Below, piece after piece: positions 1 through 7,935 of a stretch of 64,000 nt of DNA. The notes under the pieces were generated by a model. It made no database searches and had not been told where the DNA came from. It worked only from the letters and a program-made list of their open reading frames with translations. How positions within the stretch are numbered: position 1 is the first letter of the stretch; each line of letters opens with the position of its first letter. Source of the DNA: an uncultured Alphaproteobacteria bacterium (lineage in GTDB: Bacteria > Pseudomonadota > Alphaproteobacteria > Rhizobiales > Xanthobacteraceae); assembly GCA_963739175.1 (NCBI GenBank), contig CAVTZH010000007.1, forward strand, positions 135,616-199,615, given 5' to 3'. A program made the position numbers and the translations under genes.

Positions 1-52
1 GCGGAGGTGGCGAGAAGGTGTCGGCGATTGATCATTGCTCTCTCTCCGCGGG

Positions 53-1045
53 CTAATTGACCTTCAGTCCGGCCGCTTTGATCACGGCCGCCCATTTGGC
101 GATTTCGACCCTGAGCATCTTGGCAAGCTCTTCCGGCGTCGAGGGCGCGGGGGCATAGCCGATCAGCTCGGCCTTGGATTTGACCATGGGATCGGTGAGC
201 GCAGCGAGCGCCGCGGTATTGATCGCCTTGATGATCTCAGGAGGCGTCTTGCCTGAGACGAACATGGCCTGCCACGACATCACCTCGTAGCCCGGCACCG
301 CGTCGGCGATGGGCGGCAAGTCGGGTGCCGCGGGATCCCTGGTGAGCCCGCTCACGCCCAGTCCGCGGATCTGGCCCGCCCGCACGTTCTCGAGCAGCGA
401 GCCGCTGGCGATATAGACGTCCACGCGCCCTGGAATGAGATCGTTGAGCACGGGGCCGGCGCCGCGATAGGGCACGTGGGTCATCTTGAGCCCGGCCATC
501 GTCTGGAACAGCTCAATGGCGAGATGCGGCGCGCTGCCGGTGCCGGGCGACGCCATCGTCAGCTTGCCCGGGTTGGCTTTGGCGTAGGCGATGAACTCCT
601 GCACGGTTTTGGCCGGCGAGGTATTCGGCACGAACATGTAGTACGGGAAGCTGAACAGGTTCGCGACCGGTGCAAGGTCGGTGAGCGGATCGTAGCCGAG
701 CGTCCGATAGAGACTGGGCGCAACCGCCAGCGAGGACGTGGCGTAGAGGATCGTGTGGCCATCGGGTGCGGACTTGGCGACCAGCTCGCCCGCGATGTTG
801 GTGCCGCCGCCCGGCCGGTTCTCGACCACGACCTGCTGGCCCCACGTTCTCGACAGCGGCTCGGCCATGACGCGGGCGGCGACGTCGGTCGGTCCGCCGG
901 GCGCCAACGGCACGATCAGGCGCACGAAGCGGTTCGGATAGGTTTGCGCCGGAGTTTGCGTGGTTTGCGCGCGGCCAATGATCGACGGTGCCAAAACCGC
1001 GGTGACTGCGGCAGATGCTGCCAGCAATCGCCGGCGGCTGATCAT
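53..1045 (-). CDS. Tripartite tricarboxylate transporter (TTT) periplasmic substrate-binding protein, Bug/TctC family
   Basis: 330-aa ORF with a signal peptide (RRRLLAASAAV...AQ). It carries Bug-family hallmarks: 'YPNRFVRLIVPLAPGGPTDVAAR', 'VVVENRPGGG', 'SPGTGSAPHL', 'HVPYRGAGP'. The start overlaps the upstream stop (ATGA). Confidence 0.9.
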   Translation of the reverse strand: MISRRRLLAASAAVTAVLAPSIIGRAQTTQTPAQTYPNRFVRLIVPLAPGGPTDVAARVMAEPLSRTWGQQVVVENRPGGGTNIAGELVAKSAPDGHTILYATSSLAVAPSLYRTLGYDPLTDLAPVANLFSFPYYMFVPNTSPAKTVQEFIAYAKANPGKLTMASPGTGSAPHLAIELFQTMAGLKMTHVPYRGAGPVLNDLIPGRVDVYIASGSLLENVRAGQIRGLGVSGLTRDPAAPDLPPIADAVPGYEVMSWQAMFVSGKTPPEIIKAINTAALAALTDPMVKSKAELIGYAPAPSTPEELAKMLRVEIAKWAAVIKAAGLKVN

Positions 1046-1806
1046 GGCGCGCCTTGCTCCATGCCGGTCTTCTTGATGTAGGGCGCCGCCGCAGGCGAGC
1101 TGATGAACTTGATCAGCTCGCGCGCGGCGTCCGGCTGCGTCGCGCCGGTGTGCACCCCGCCGGCAAACACGCTGACGGTGTCCATCTCCTTCGGCACCGG
1201 ACCGACATACTGGATGCCGGGATAGAGCAGGAGCTCGCTGACCTGCTGGAAGCCGATGTCGACGTCGCCGCGCGCGAGGATCGAGCCGACCGGCGTGCCG
1301 GGCGGGGTCTGCTTGATCTTGGCGGCGACCTGATCCCAGATCCCCCAGCGCTTGAACAGGCCCTCCAGAAATACGCCGCTCGGGCCCGACGAATAGCCGA
1401 TGCCCTTGGCCGCGAGCAGCGCGCGCTTCACCGCGTCGGCCGAGCTGATGTCGGGTTTCGGCGCGCCCTTCGGCACGGCAATGGCGATGCCGGAGCGCAC
1501 GAGGTCGACGCGGCTCGCGCCGACGATCTTGCCTTCCTTGATCATCGTCTCCATCGACGGCGTCACCAGGACCACCAGGTCGAAGGTCTCGCCGGCGCGC
1601 AGCTTCTTGAGAATATCGACGGTGCCGTTCCAGGTGGTGTTGAGCTTGTGCCCGCTCACGCGCTCGAATTCCGGCGCGAACGCCAGATAGGCCTCCTTGA
1701 TCGCTTGCGAGGACAGGACTTTGATTTCAGCGGCATTCGCCATTTCCGCACTCCAAAAGGCGCCGCCGAGCACGGCAGCCAGGATTGTCATTGATCGCAT
1801 ACGCAT
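1042..1806 (-). CDS. Periplasmic substrate-binding protein, ModA/molybdate-binding-like (type 2 PBP fold)
   Basis: 254-aa ORF with a signal peptide ending ANAAEIKV. The layout resembles ModA-like binding proteins ('EIKVLSS...', 'FDLVVL', 'GIGYSSGPSG', 'DVDIGFQQVSE'). GC3-rich codon usage. Confidence 0.7.
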   Translation of the reverse strand: MRMRSMTILAAVLGGAFWSAEMANAAEIKVLSSQAIKEAYLAFAPEFERVSGHKLNTTWNGTVDILKKLRAGETFDLVVLVTPSMETMIKEGKIVGASRVDLVRSGIAIAVPKGAPKPDISSADAVKRALLAAKGIGYSSGPSGVFLEGLFKRWGIWDQVAAKIKQTPPGTPVGSILARGDVDIGFQQVSELLLYPGIQYVGPVPKEMDTVSVFAGGVHTGATQPDAARELIKFISSPAAAPYIKKTGMEQGAP

Positions 1807-1856
1807 GAGCTTGTCTCTTTTCTTTGCCCTGGTTTCCTGGTCCTGGCGCTACCCCT

Positions 1857-2843
1857 TCATTCCGTGACCTTGATGTTGGCGGCCTTGATCACCGGGCCCC
1901 ATTTCGCGGCGTCCTCCTTGAGGTGCGCGCCGAGCGCCTCGGGGGTCGATCCGACAATGATCACGCCGAGCTTGTCGAGCCTGGCCTTGATCGCGGGCTC
2001 GGCGAGCACGGCGACGGTATCGGCGTTCATCTTGCGGATGATCTCGGGCGGCGTCTTGGCCGGCACCACGAAGGCGAACCAGGACGACATGTCGTAGCCC
2101 GGTACGCCCGTCTCGGCGATGGTGGGGACGCCGGGCGCGGGCTCCTGCCGCTTCGACGTGGTCACGGCGATCGCGCGCACCTGGCCGGCCTCGACCATCG
2201 GCAGCCCGGAGGCCATCACCGCGAAATACATGTCGATGCGGCCGGCCAGCAGGTCGGTGTAGCCGGGCGACGCGCCGCGATAGGGGATGTGGGTGATGTC
2301 GACCTTGGCCATGTATTTGAACAGCTCGGCGCTCATGTGCGGCGAGGTGCCGTGGCCGGGCGAGGCGTAGGTCAGCTTGCCCGGGTTGGCCTTGGCGAAC
2401 GCGATGATGTCGCTGACCGAGCGGAATTTTGAATCCTTCGGCACCACCAGCAGATTGGGGAACAGGCAGATCAGCGAGACTGGCGCGAAGTCGGCGATCG
2501 GGTCGTAGTTGATCGACGGGAACAGGAACTGATTGATGGTCAGCCCGCCGGCGGTGATCAGCATGGTGTAGCCGTCCGGCGTCGAGCGTGCGGCAAACTC
2601 GATCCCGATATTGGCGCCGGCGCCGGGCTTGTTCTCGACCACTACCTGCTGGCCCCAGATCTCCGACAGCCGGCCGCCGACGATGCGGCCGATCGCGTCG
2701 ATGCCGCCGCCGGGCGTGAACGGGACAACCAGGCGGACGTTCCGGTTGGGCCAATTCTGTGCCTGTGCCCAGGCGCTGCGGCCGAAAGCGGGTGCCAGTG
2801 CGGAGGCCGCGGCCAGCCGGTTGAAACGGCGTCGATCGAGCAT
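1857..2843 (-). CDS. TTT periplasmic substrate-binding protein, Bug/TctC family
   Basis: 328 aa with a Tat-like/signal N-terminus (RRRFNRLAAASALAPAF). Motifs: 'WPNRNVRLVVPFTPGGGIDAIGR', 'VVVENKPGAGAN', 'SPGHGTSPH', 'HIPYRGASPG'. Confidence 0.9.
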   Translation of the reverse strand: MLDRRRFNRLAAASALAPAFGRSAWAQAQNWPNRNVRLVVPFTPGGGIDAIGRIVGGRLSEIWGQQVVVENKPGAGANIGIEFAARSTPDGYTMLITAGGLTINQFLFPSINYDPIADFAPVSLICLFPNLLVVPKDSKFRSVSDIIAFAKANPGKLTYASPGHGTSPHMSAELFKYMAKVDITHIPYRGASPGYTDLLAGRIDMYFAVMASGLPMVEAGQVRAIAVTTSKRQEPAPGVPTIAETGVPGYDMSSWFAFVVPAKTPPEIIRKMNADTVAVLAEPAIKARLDKLGVIIVGSTPEALGAHLKEDAAKWGPVIKAANIKVTE

Positions 2844-2871
2844 GATGGCGGTCCTGTTTGTTGGTCTTGCT

Positions 2872-3855
2872 TCAATCTTGCGTCGTGATGCCGGCGCCCT
2901 TGATGATCGGGCCCCATTGCTCGGTTTCCGCCTTCAGCCGCGCGCCAAGCGCCTGCGGCGTCGAAGCCACCACTTCGACGCCGACCTGCTCGAGACGCGT
3001 CTTGATGGCGGGCTCGGCGAGGATCGCAGCGGTGTCGGCGTTGATCTTCTTGACGATGTCGGCCGGCGTCTTGATCGGCACGAACAGCGCGTACCACGAG
3101 GTCACGTCGAAGCCGGGCAGGCCGGATTCTGCGACGGTCGGGAACTCCATCGCGGTCGGAGACCGTTTCGCGGTGCTGACGGCGAGCCCCCGCACCTGGC
3201 CGGCGCGCACCTGCTGCAGCACGCCGGCGGCGGTGTTGAACATCATGTCGACGCGTCCGGGAATAACGTCGGTGAGTGCCGGCGCAACGCCGCGATACGG
3301 GATGTGGGTCATCTCGAAACCGGCCATGCGCTTGAACAGTTCTCCGGACAAATGCGGCGAGGTGCCGACGCCGGACGACGCGAAGGTCAGCTTGCCGGAG
3401 TTGGCCTTGCCGTGGGCGATCAGGTCCTTGACCGACTTTACCGGCGACGAATTCGGCACCACCAGCAGGTTGGGGAACTGACAGATCATGATCACCGGCG
3501 CGAAGTCGGTGATTGAATCGTAGGTGAGCGATTTGAACAGAAAGCGGTTGACCGCCATCGGCAGCGCCGCGATCAGGATGGTGTAGCCGTCAGGCTCGGC
3601 GCGCGCGACCTGCTCGGCGCCGAAATTGCCGCCGGCGCCGGGCTTGTTCTCGACGATGACTTGCTGGCCCCAGACCTCCGACAGCCGGTTGGTCAGGATG
3701 CGCGCGACCACGTCGGTGCCGCCGCCGGGCGGGAACGGCGCGACCAGCTTCACGATGCGATTGGGCCAAGCCTGTGCGCGTGCGATATGCGGCAAGACCG
3801 CGGGGGCAAGCGCCGACGCGGCCGCAAGCCCCACCAGATGGCGGCGGGTGATCAT
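2872..3855 (-). CDS. TTT periplasmic substrate-binding protein, Bug/TctC family
   Basis: 327 aa. Motifs: 'WPNRIVKLVAPFPPGGGTDVVAR', 'VIVENKPGAGGN', 'HIPYRGVAPA'. Paralogue of the two other Bug genes on the same strand. Confidence 0.9.
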   Translation of the reverse strand: MITRRHLVGLAAASALAPAVLPHIARAQAWPNRIVKLVAPFPPGGGTDVVARILTNRLSEVWGQQVIVENKPGAGGNFGAEQVARAEPDGYTILIAALPMAVNRFLFKSLTYDSITDFAPVIMICQFPNLLVVPNSSPVKSVKDLIAHGKANSGKLTFASSGVGTSPHLSGELFKRMAGFEMTHIPYRGVAPALTDVIPGRVDMMFNTAAGVLQQVRAGQVRGLAVSTAKRSPTAMEFPTVAESGLPGFDVTSWYALFVPIKTPADIVKKINADTAAILAEPAIKTRLEQVGVEVVASTPQALGARLKAETEQWGPIIKGAGITTQD

Positions 3856-4007
3856 GGCGTCTCTCCCTGGCAGCGGCGTGCGTTGATACGCGTTGTGATG
3901 CCGTCGTTAGGGCAAGCCTATAGCGGGCTGGAACAGGTCACAACCGCCCGGATTCTAGCGCTATCGCGTGAATTGACGCAGGCGGACGAGTTTGCGATGA
4001 CCTCGCC

Positions 4008-5477
4008 ATGAGCGAACCCGCACGCAAATCCAAACTGCTGAAGGGCGCCACCGGCGACTGGGAGGTCGTGATCGGCCTCGAGGTCCATGCCCAGGTTACC
4101 TCCGAGGCAAAGCTGTTCTCCGGCGCCGCGACCGCGTTCGGCGGCGAGCCGAATTCGCAGGTCTCGCTGGTCGATGCCGCGATGCCGGGCATGCTTCCGG
4201 TGATCAACGCGGAGTGCATCCGCCAGGCGGTGCGCACCGGCCTCGGCCTCAATGCCAGGATCAATCTCAGATCGGTGTTCGACCGGAAGAACTATTTCTA
4301 TCCGGACCTGCCGCAGGGCTATCAGATCAGCCAGTACAAGTCGCCGATCGTGGGCGAGGGCGAGGTCGCGATCGACATGCCCGACGGCGAAGCGGTCCGG
4401 GTCGGGATCGAGCGCGTCCATCTCGAGCAGGACGCCGGCAAGCTGCTGCACGACCAGCACCCGTCGATGTCGTTCGTCGATCTCAACCGCTCGGGCGTGG
4501 CGCTAATGGAGATCGTGTCGAAGCCGGACCTGCGCTCGGCCGACGAGGCCAAGGCCTACGTCTCCAAACTGCGCACGATCCTGCGCTATCTCGGGACCTG
4601 CGACGGCGACATGGAGAAGGGCAACCTGCGCGCCGACGTCAACGTCTCGGTGCGCAAGCCTGGCGAGCCGTTCGGCACCCGCTGCGAGATCAAGAACGTC
4701 AACTCGATCCGCTTCATCGGCCAGGCGGTCGAGTACGAGGCGCGCCGGCAGGTCGACCTGATCGAGGACGGCGGCACGGTCGAGCAGGAGACGCGGCTGT
4801 TCGATCCCAACAAGGGCGAGACGCGCCCGATGCGCAGCAAGGAAGAGGCGCACGACTATCGCTACTTCCCCGACCCCGACCTGCTGCCGCTGGAGATGAC
4901 CCAGGCCGAGGTCGATGCGCTGAAGGTGCAGCTGCCGGAATTGCCGGACCAGAAGAAGGCGCGCTTCATCCGCGACTACGCGCTTACCGTCTACGACGCC
5001 AACGTGCTGACCGCCGAGCGCGAGGCCGCCGACTATTTCGAGGATGTGGCGCGCGGCCGCGACGCCAAGGCGGCGGCCAACTGGGTGATCAACGAGCTCG
5101 CTGGCCGCCTCAACAAGGAAGGCAAGGACATCCTGGCCTCACCGATCTCGTCGTCGCAGCTCGGTGCGATCCTCGACCTGATCGCGGCGGGCACGATTTC
5201 CGGCAAGATCGCCAAGGACGTGTTCGAGATCGTCTGGAGCAAGGGCGGCGATCCGCATCGGATCGTCAAAGAGGGCGGCATGGAGCAGGTAACCGACCTC
5301 TCGGCGATCGAGAAGGTGGTCGACGAGATCGTCGCCGCGAACCCCGACAAGGTGGAACAGGCGAAGAACAATCCCAAACTCGCGGGCTGGTTCGTCGGAC
5401 AGGTGATGAAAGCGTCGGGCGGCAAGGCCAACCCGCAGGCGGTGAACGATCTGCTCAAGCGCAAGCTCGGCGTCTGA
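4008..5477 (+). CDS. gatB: Asp-tRNA(Asn)/Glu-tRNA(Gln) amidotransferase subunit B
   Basis: 489 aa with full-length GatB signature ('[13 protein letters not shown]', '[18 protein letters not shown]', 'HLEQDAGK', '[10 protein letters not shown]', C-terminal YqeY-like '[17 protein letters not shown]'). Confidence 0.97.
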   Translation: MSEPARKSKLLKGATGDWEVVIGLEVHAQVTSEAKLFSGAATAFGGEPNSQVSLVDAAMPGMLPVINAECIRQAVRTGLGLNARINLRSVFDRKNYFYPDLPQGYQISQYKSPIVGEGEVAIDMPDGEAVRVGIERVHLEQDAGKLLHDQHPSMSFVDLNRSGVALMEIVSKPDLRSADEAKAYVSKLRTILRYLGTCDGDMEKGNLRADVNVSVRKPGEPFGTRCEIKNVNSIRFIGQAVEYEARRQVDLIEDGGTVEQETRLFDPNKGETRPMRSKEEAHDYRYFPDPDLLPLEMTQAEVDALKVQLPELPDQKKARFIRDYALTVYDANVLTAEREAADYFEDVARGRDAKAAANWVINELAGRLNKEGKDILASPISSSQLGAILDLIAAGTISGKIAKDVFEIVWSKGGDPHRIVKEGGMEQVTDLSAIEKVVDEIVAANPDKVEQAKNNPKLAGWFVGQVMKASGGKANPQAVNDLLKRKLGV

Positions 5478-6046
5478 GGCGATCTTCGCCGTGACACGTG
5501 CGCGTCGCCGCTCGCGACAATTCCGAACGCCCATGTGCCGCTCAGAGCGTCCGATCGTGCGCGACAATCGACCGTCTCCGGCGTCGCGGCAGCGAATCAG
5601 TCCGGCCGATTCGCTCGATTTCACGTCGGGTTCGACCGCGCCAGACGCTATTTGAGGCATGCTGCGCAAATTTTTTTCACAAGAAGATTAACGCGCCCGG
5701 AGCCAACGTTTTTGCGCGCCGATTTTCGGTCAACGGTGCTTCTGTAAGTATCGATCGCGCGTTTGCCGCGCAAATTTGAATCACAAGAAAGCCCTGTGAA
5801 GTCGGTATTTCTTGCCTCTCGTGTTTTCTTGTCAGTCGACGAGCGACGTTGCTGCGCGTTGTTATGATGTGGATGATCGCGCACGTGTGCATTGACACGA
5901 GATCGAGCGCTGTAGACGTCCTATACACCCTTCATTAAGCGGAAACGCTGATTTTTTCGCTGCTCTGTAGTAATCGGAGTGCAGTGCTCGCGATTCGCGC
6001 GGGCACTGTAACCACATCGCCACTCACTCATGGCTAGGAGGGCAGC

Positions 6047-6115
6047 ATGGCGAAGAAGAGAAAAGCTAAGGCGGCGAAGGCAGCGAAGAAGACCAAGCGC
6101 CGGAAGAAGAGGTAG
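6047..6115 (+). CDS. Candidate 22-aa polybasic micro-protein (MAKKRKAKAAKAAKKTKRRKKR)
   Basis: ATG preceded by a perfect AGGAGG (6036-6041) with a 5-nt spacer. It sits at the end of an AT-rich spacer and is too short for the ORF track. No homology assessment is possible here. Confidence 0.3.
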   Translation: MAKKRKAKAAKAAKKTKRRKKR

Positions 6116-6421
6116 CTAACCGCTGCTTCACGGTCTTCGGCTTCGCTTGATGTCGATGACCGCGTCAAACGGGCCGGCGGTTGTTGACTTGCGGTGAGCG
6201 TCAAGCCGCCGCTATCGACAACCCCGGCTTGGTCGACGAAAGAGGGCGTCGGCGAGACAGAGGTACGAGATCCACGCGTCAAGCCGAAAGGCGAGATGCG
6301 CGGAATGCGAGGCCCGGTAACCCCGAACCTCGCCGGTGGTGAAAGCCACTAGCTCGGGTCTCTCATCTCGCCGACGCCCTTACCTTGTTGGGGGCGCTCT
6401 TGCCGCGGGTGGCGGGTCAGG

Positions 6422-6455
6422 CTTGTTTCAGGCAGACTTGTTTCAGGCAGACTTG
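6422..6455. repeat. Perfect 15-bp tandem duplication (cttgtttcaggcaga x2, plus a partial third copy)
   Basis: Read directly from the sequence. It duplicates the last codons and stop codon of the 6443-6769 gene. Confidence 0.9.
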
Positions 6456-6769
6456 CCCTTGAGCCTGGTGTTGCAGGCGCTCCAGAACTTCGGCCAAGTC
6501 TGGCCTTTTTCGATCTTGCCGGCCTTCTTGGCCTCGCGCCATTCTTGCCCGCACTGCCGCTGCCGCTCACGCGCCGACTTCTGGCCCGCGGTCAGCTCAC
6601 GCTTCTTTTTCTTGGCGGCTTTGGTGGCCTTGCCCGTGTCGGCCTTGTCAGTCTTGGCAGCTTTGTCGGTGGCCTCGGCCCGCGCCTGATCGGCGTAGTG
6701 GTTGGAAATTGCAGCAGGGACGACGAGAAGTGCACCCGCGACGAGCGCGGAGGATATCAACCGGAACAT
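6443..6769 (-). CDS. Small secreted lysine-rich protein (PsiF-like C-terminal Cys pair)
   Basis: 108 aa with a signal peptide (ALVAGALLVVPAAIS) and a K/A/T-rich linker. The C-terminal 'QCGQEW...WPKFWSACN' two-Cys module is reminiscent of PsiF repeats. Good GC3 bias. Confidence 0.6.
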   Translation of the reverse strand: MFRLISSALVAGALLVVPAAISNHYADQARAEATDKAAKTDKADTGKATKAAKKKKRELTAGQKSARERQRQCGQEWREAKKAGKIEKGQTWPKFWSACNTRLKGKSA

Positions 6770-6970
6770 GGGCGACTCCCTTCCTTGAACGACGAACGAA
6801 AATCCCGTTGGCGCCGTTTGTGACGCTCAAAGCGCCTTGTCGAAGCCTAGCCCTGAAGTCTATGGCCCGTCCATGGGCTGGCGGCCGCACCGCGCCGAGA
6901 GCGGTGGGGCACCGTGACGGTCAAATGTCACGCGGGAATGTCGGTCGAGGGGAAACGAGGAGCTTTTTCG

Positions 6971-7741
6971 ATGGCACGGACGTCAACAAAGAAGCGCAGC
7001 CGAGCCTCGCCAAAGGCTGCGCGGTCGTCAAAGCGGCCGGCGGCCAAGCCCATCGATCTCTACTATTGGCCGACACCCAACGGTTACAAAGTGTCAATCA
7101 TGCTGGAGGAATGCGGCCTGCCGTACCGCGTCATCCCGCTCAACATCGCCCGCGGCGATCAGTTCAAGCCGGAGTTTCTGGCGATCTCGCCCAACAATCG
7201 CATGCCCGCGATCGTCGATCCCGCGGGGCCCGGCGGCCGGCCGATCTCGATCTTCGAGTCCGGCGCCATCCTGCAATATCTCGGCCGTAAGACCGGGCGC
7301 TTCTACCCGGCCTCGGAACGCGCGCGGGTCGAGGTCGATCAATGGCTGTTCTGGCAGATGGCCAATCTCGGCCCCAAGGCCGGCGAGTGTCATCACTTCC
7401 GCCTGTACGCGCCCGAGCGCGCGACGCAGCAATACGCGATCGATCGCTTCACCAACGAGTGCAACCGGCTCTATGGCGTCATGAACCGCCGCCTGGCGGA
7501 TCGGGATTTCCTCGCCGGGAGCTACTCGATCGCCGACATGGCCTGTGTCGGCTGGGCCAGCCGCTGGCAGCGGCAGGGGCAGGACATCGACGCGTTTCCG
7601 CATCTCAAGCGCTGGCTCGACCGCATGCTGGCGCGGCGCGCCGTCTATAAGGGCATGCACATCTGGGTGGAGGCGGCGTCCAAGGTCCGCATGGACGACC
7701 CTGCCACCCGTACGACGCTGTTCGGCCAGCGCGCGCGCTAG
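6971..7741 (+). CDS. Glutathione S-transferase, Nu-class (YfcG/YghU-like)
   Basis: Aligns by eye with E. coli YfcG ('IDLYYWPTPNGYKVSIMLEE', 'FKPEFLAISPNNRMPAIVD', 'IFESGAILQYL', 'WLFWQM', 'YSIADMAC'). The ATG at 6971 has GAGGAG 8 nt upstream. The longer ORF from 6914 is less likely. Confidence 0.85.
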   Translation: MARTSTKKRSRASPKAARSSKRPAAKPIDLYYWPTPNGYKVSIMLEECGLPYRVIPLNIARGDQFKPEFLAISPNNRMPAIVDPAGPGGRPISIFESGAILQYLGRKTGRFYPASERARVEVDQWLFWQMANLGPKAGECHHFRLYAPERATQQYAIDRFTNECNRLYGVMNRRLADRDFLAGSYSIADMACVGWASRWQRQGQDIDAFPHLKRWLDRMLARRAVYKGMHIWVEAASKVRMDDPATRTTLFGQRAR

Positions 7742-7935
7742 GCCGCGTACTCATAAATGCGCCACGTCCGCTTTACCCGCCCCCCTGAAAGAAGCGGACA
7801 TTCCGCAACTGCTGGACCACGTTAAGGGATTGCCTCTGTTCCAGACTTCCTGCTTTCGACTCGCTGCGGCCAGCCGCTCGAGGAGCTGGTGGTGGCATGA
7901 TCAACTCCCTCGTAACCACTGTTACGTCATTTAGG

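Noticed and set aside
3918-4460. 180-aa ORF antisense to the 5' part of gatB, and several 60-120-aa ORFs overlapping annotated genes throughout the track
   Set aside because: There are no SD sequences, motifs or GC3 bias. They are the expected by-products of 65% GC coding DNA.
6116-6442. Structured GC-rich spacer with a 'GGTGAAAGCCACT' string reminiscent of a cobalamin-riboswitch B12 box
   Set aside because: It lies between the 3' ends of two convergent ORFs with no downstream gene to control. The other conserved riboswitch elements are absent. The hairpins (for example CGGCGG..TTGAC..GTCAA..CCGCCG near 6175-6212) are more simply terminator-like structures.
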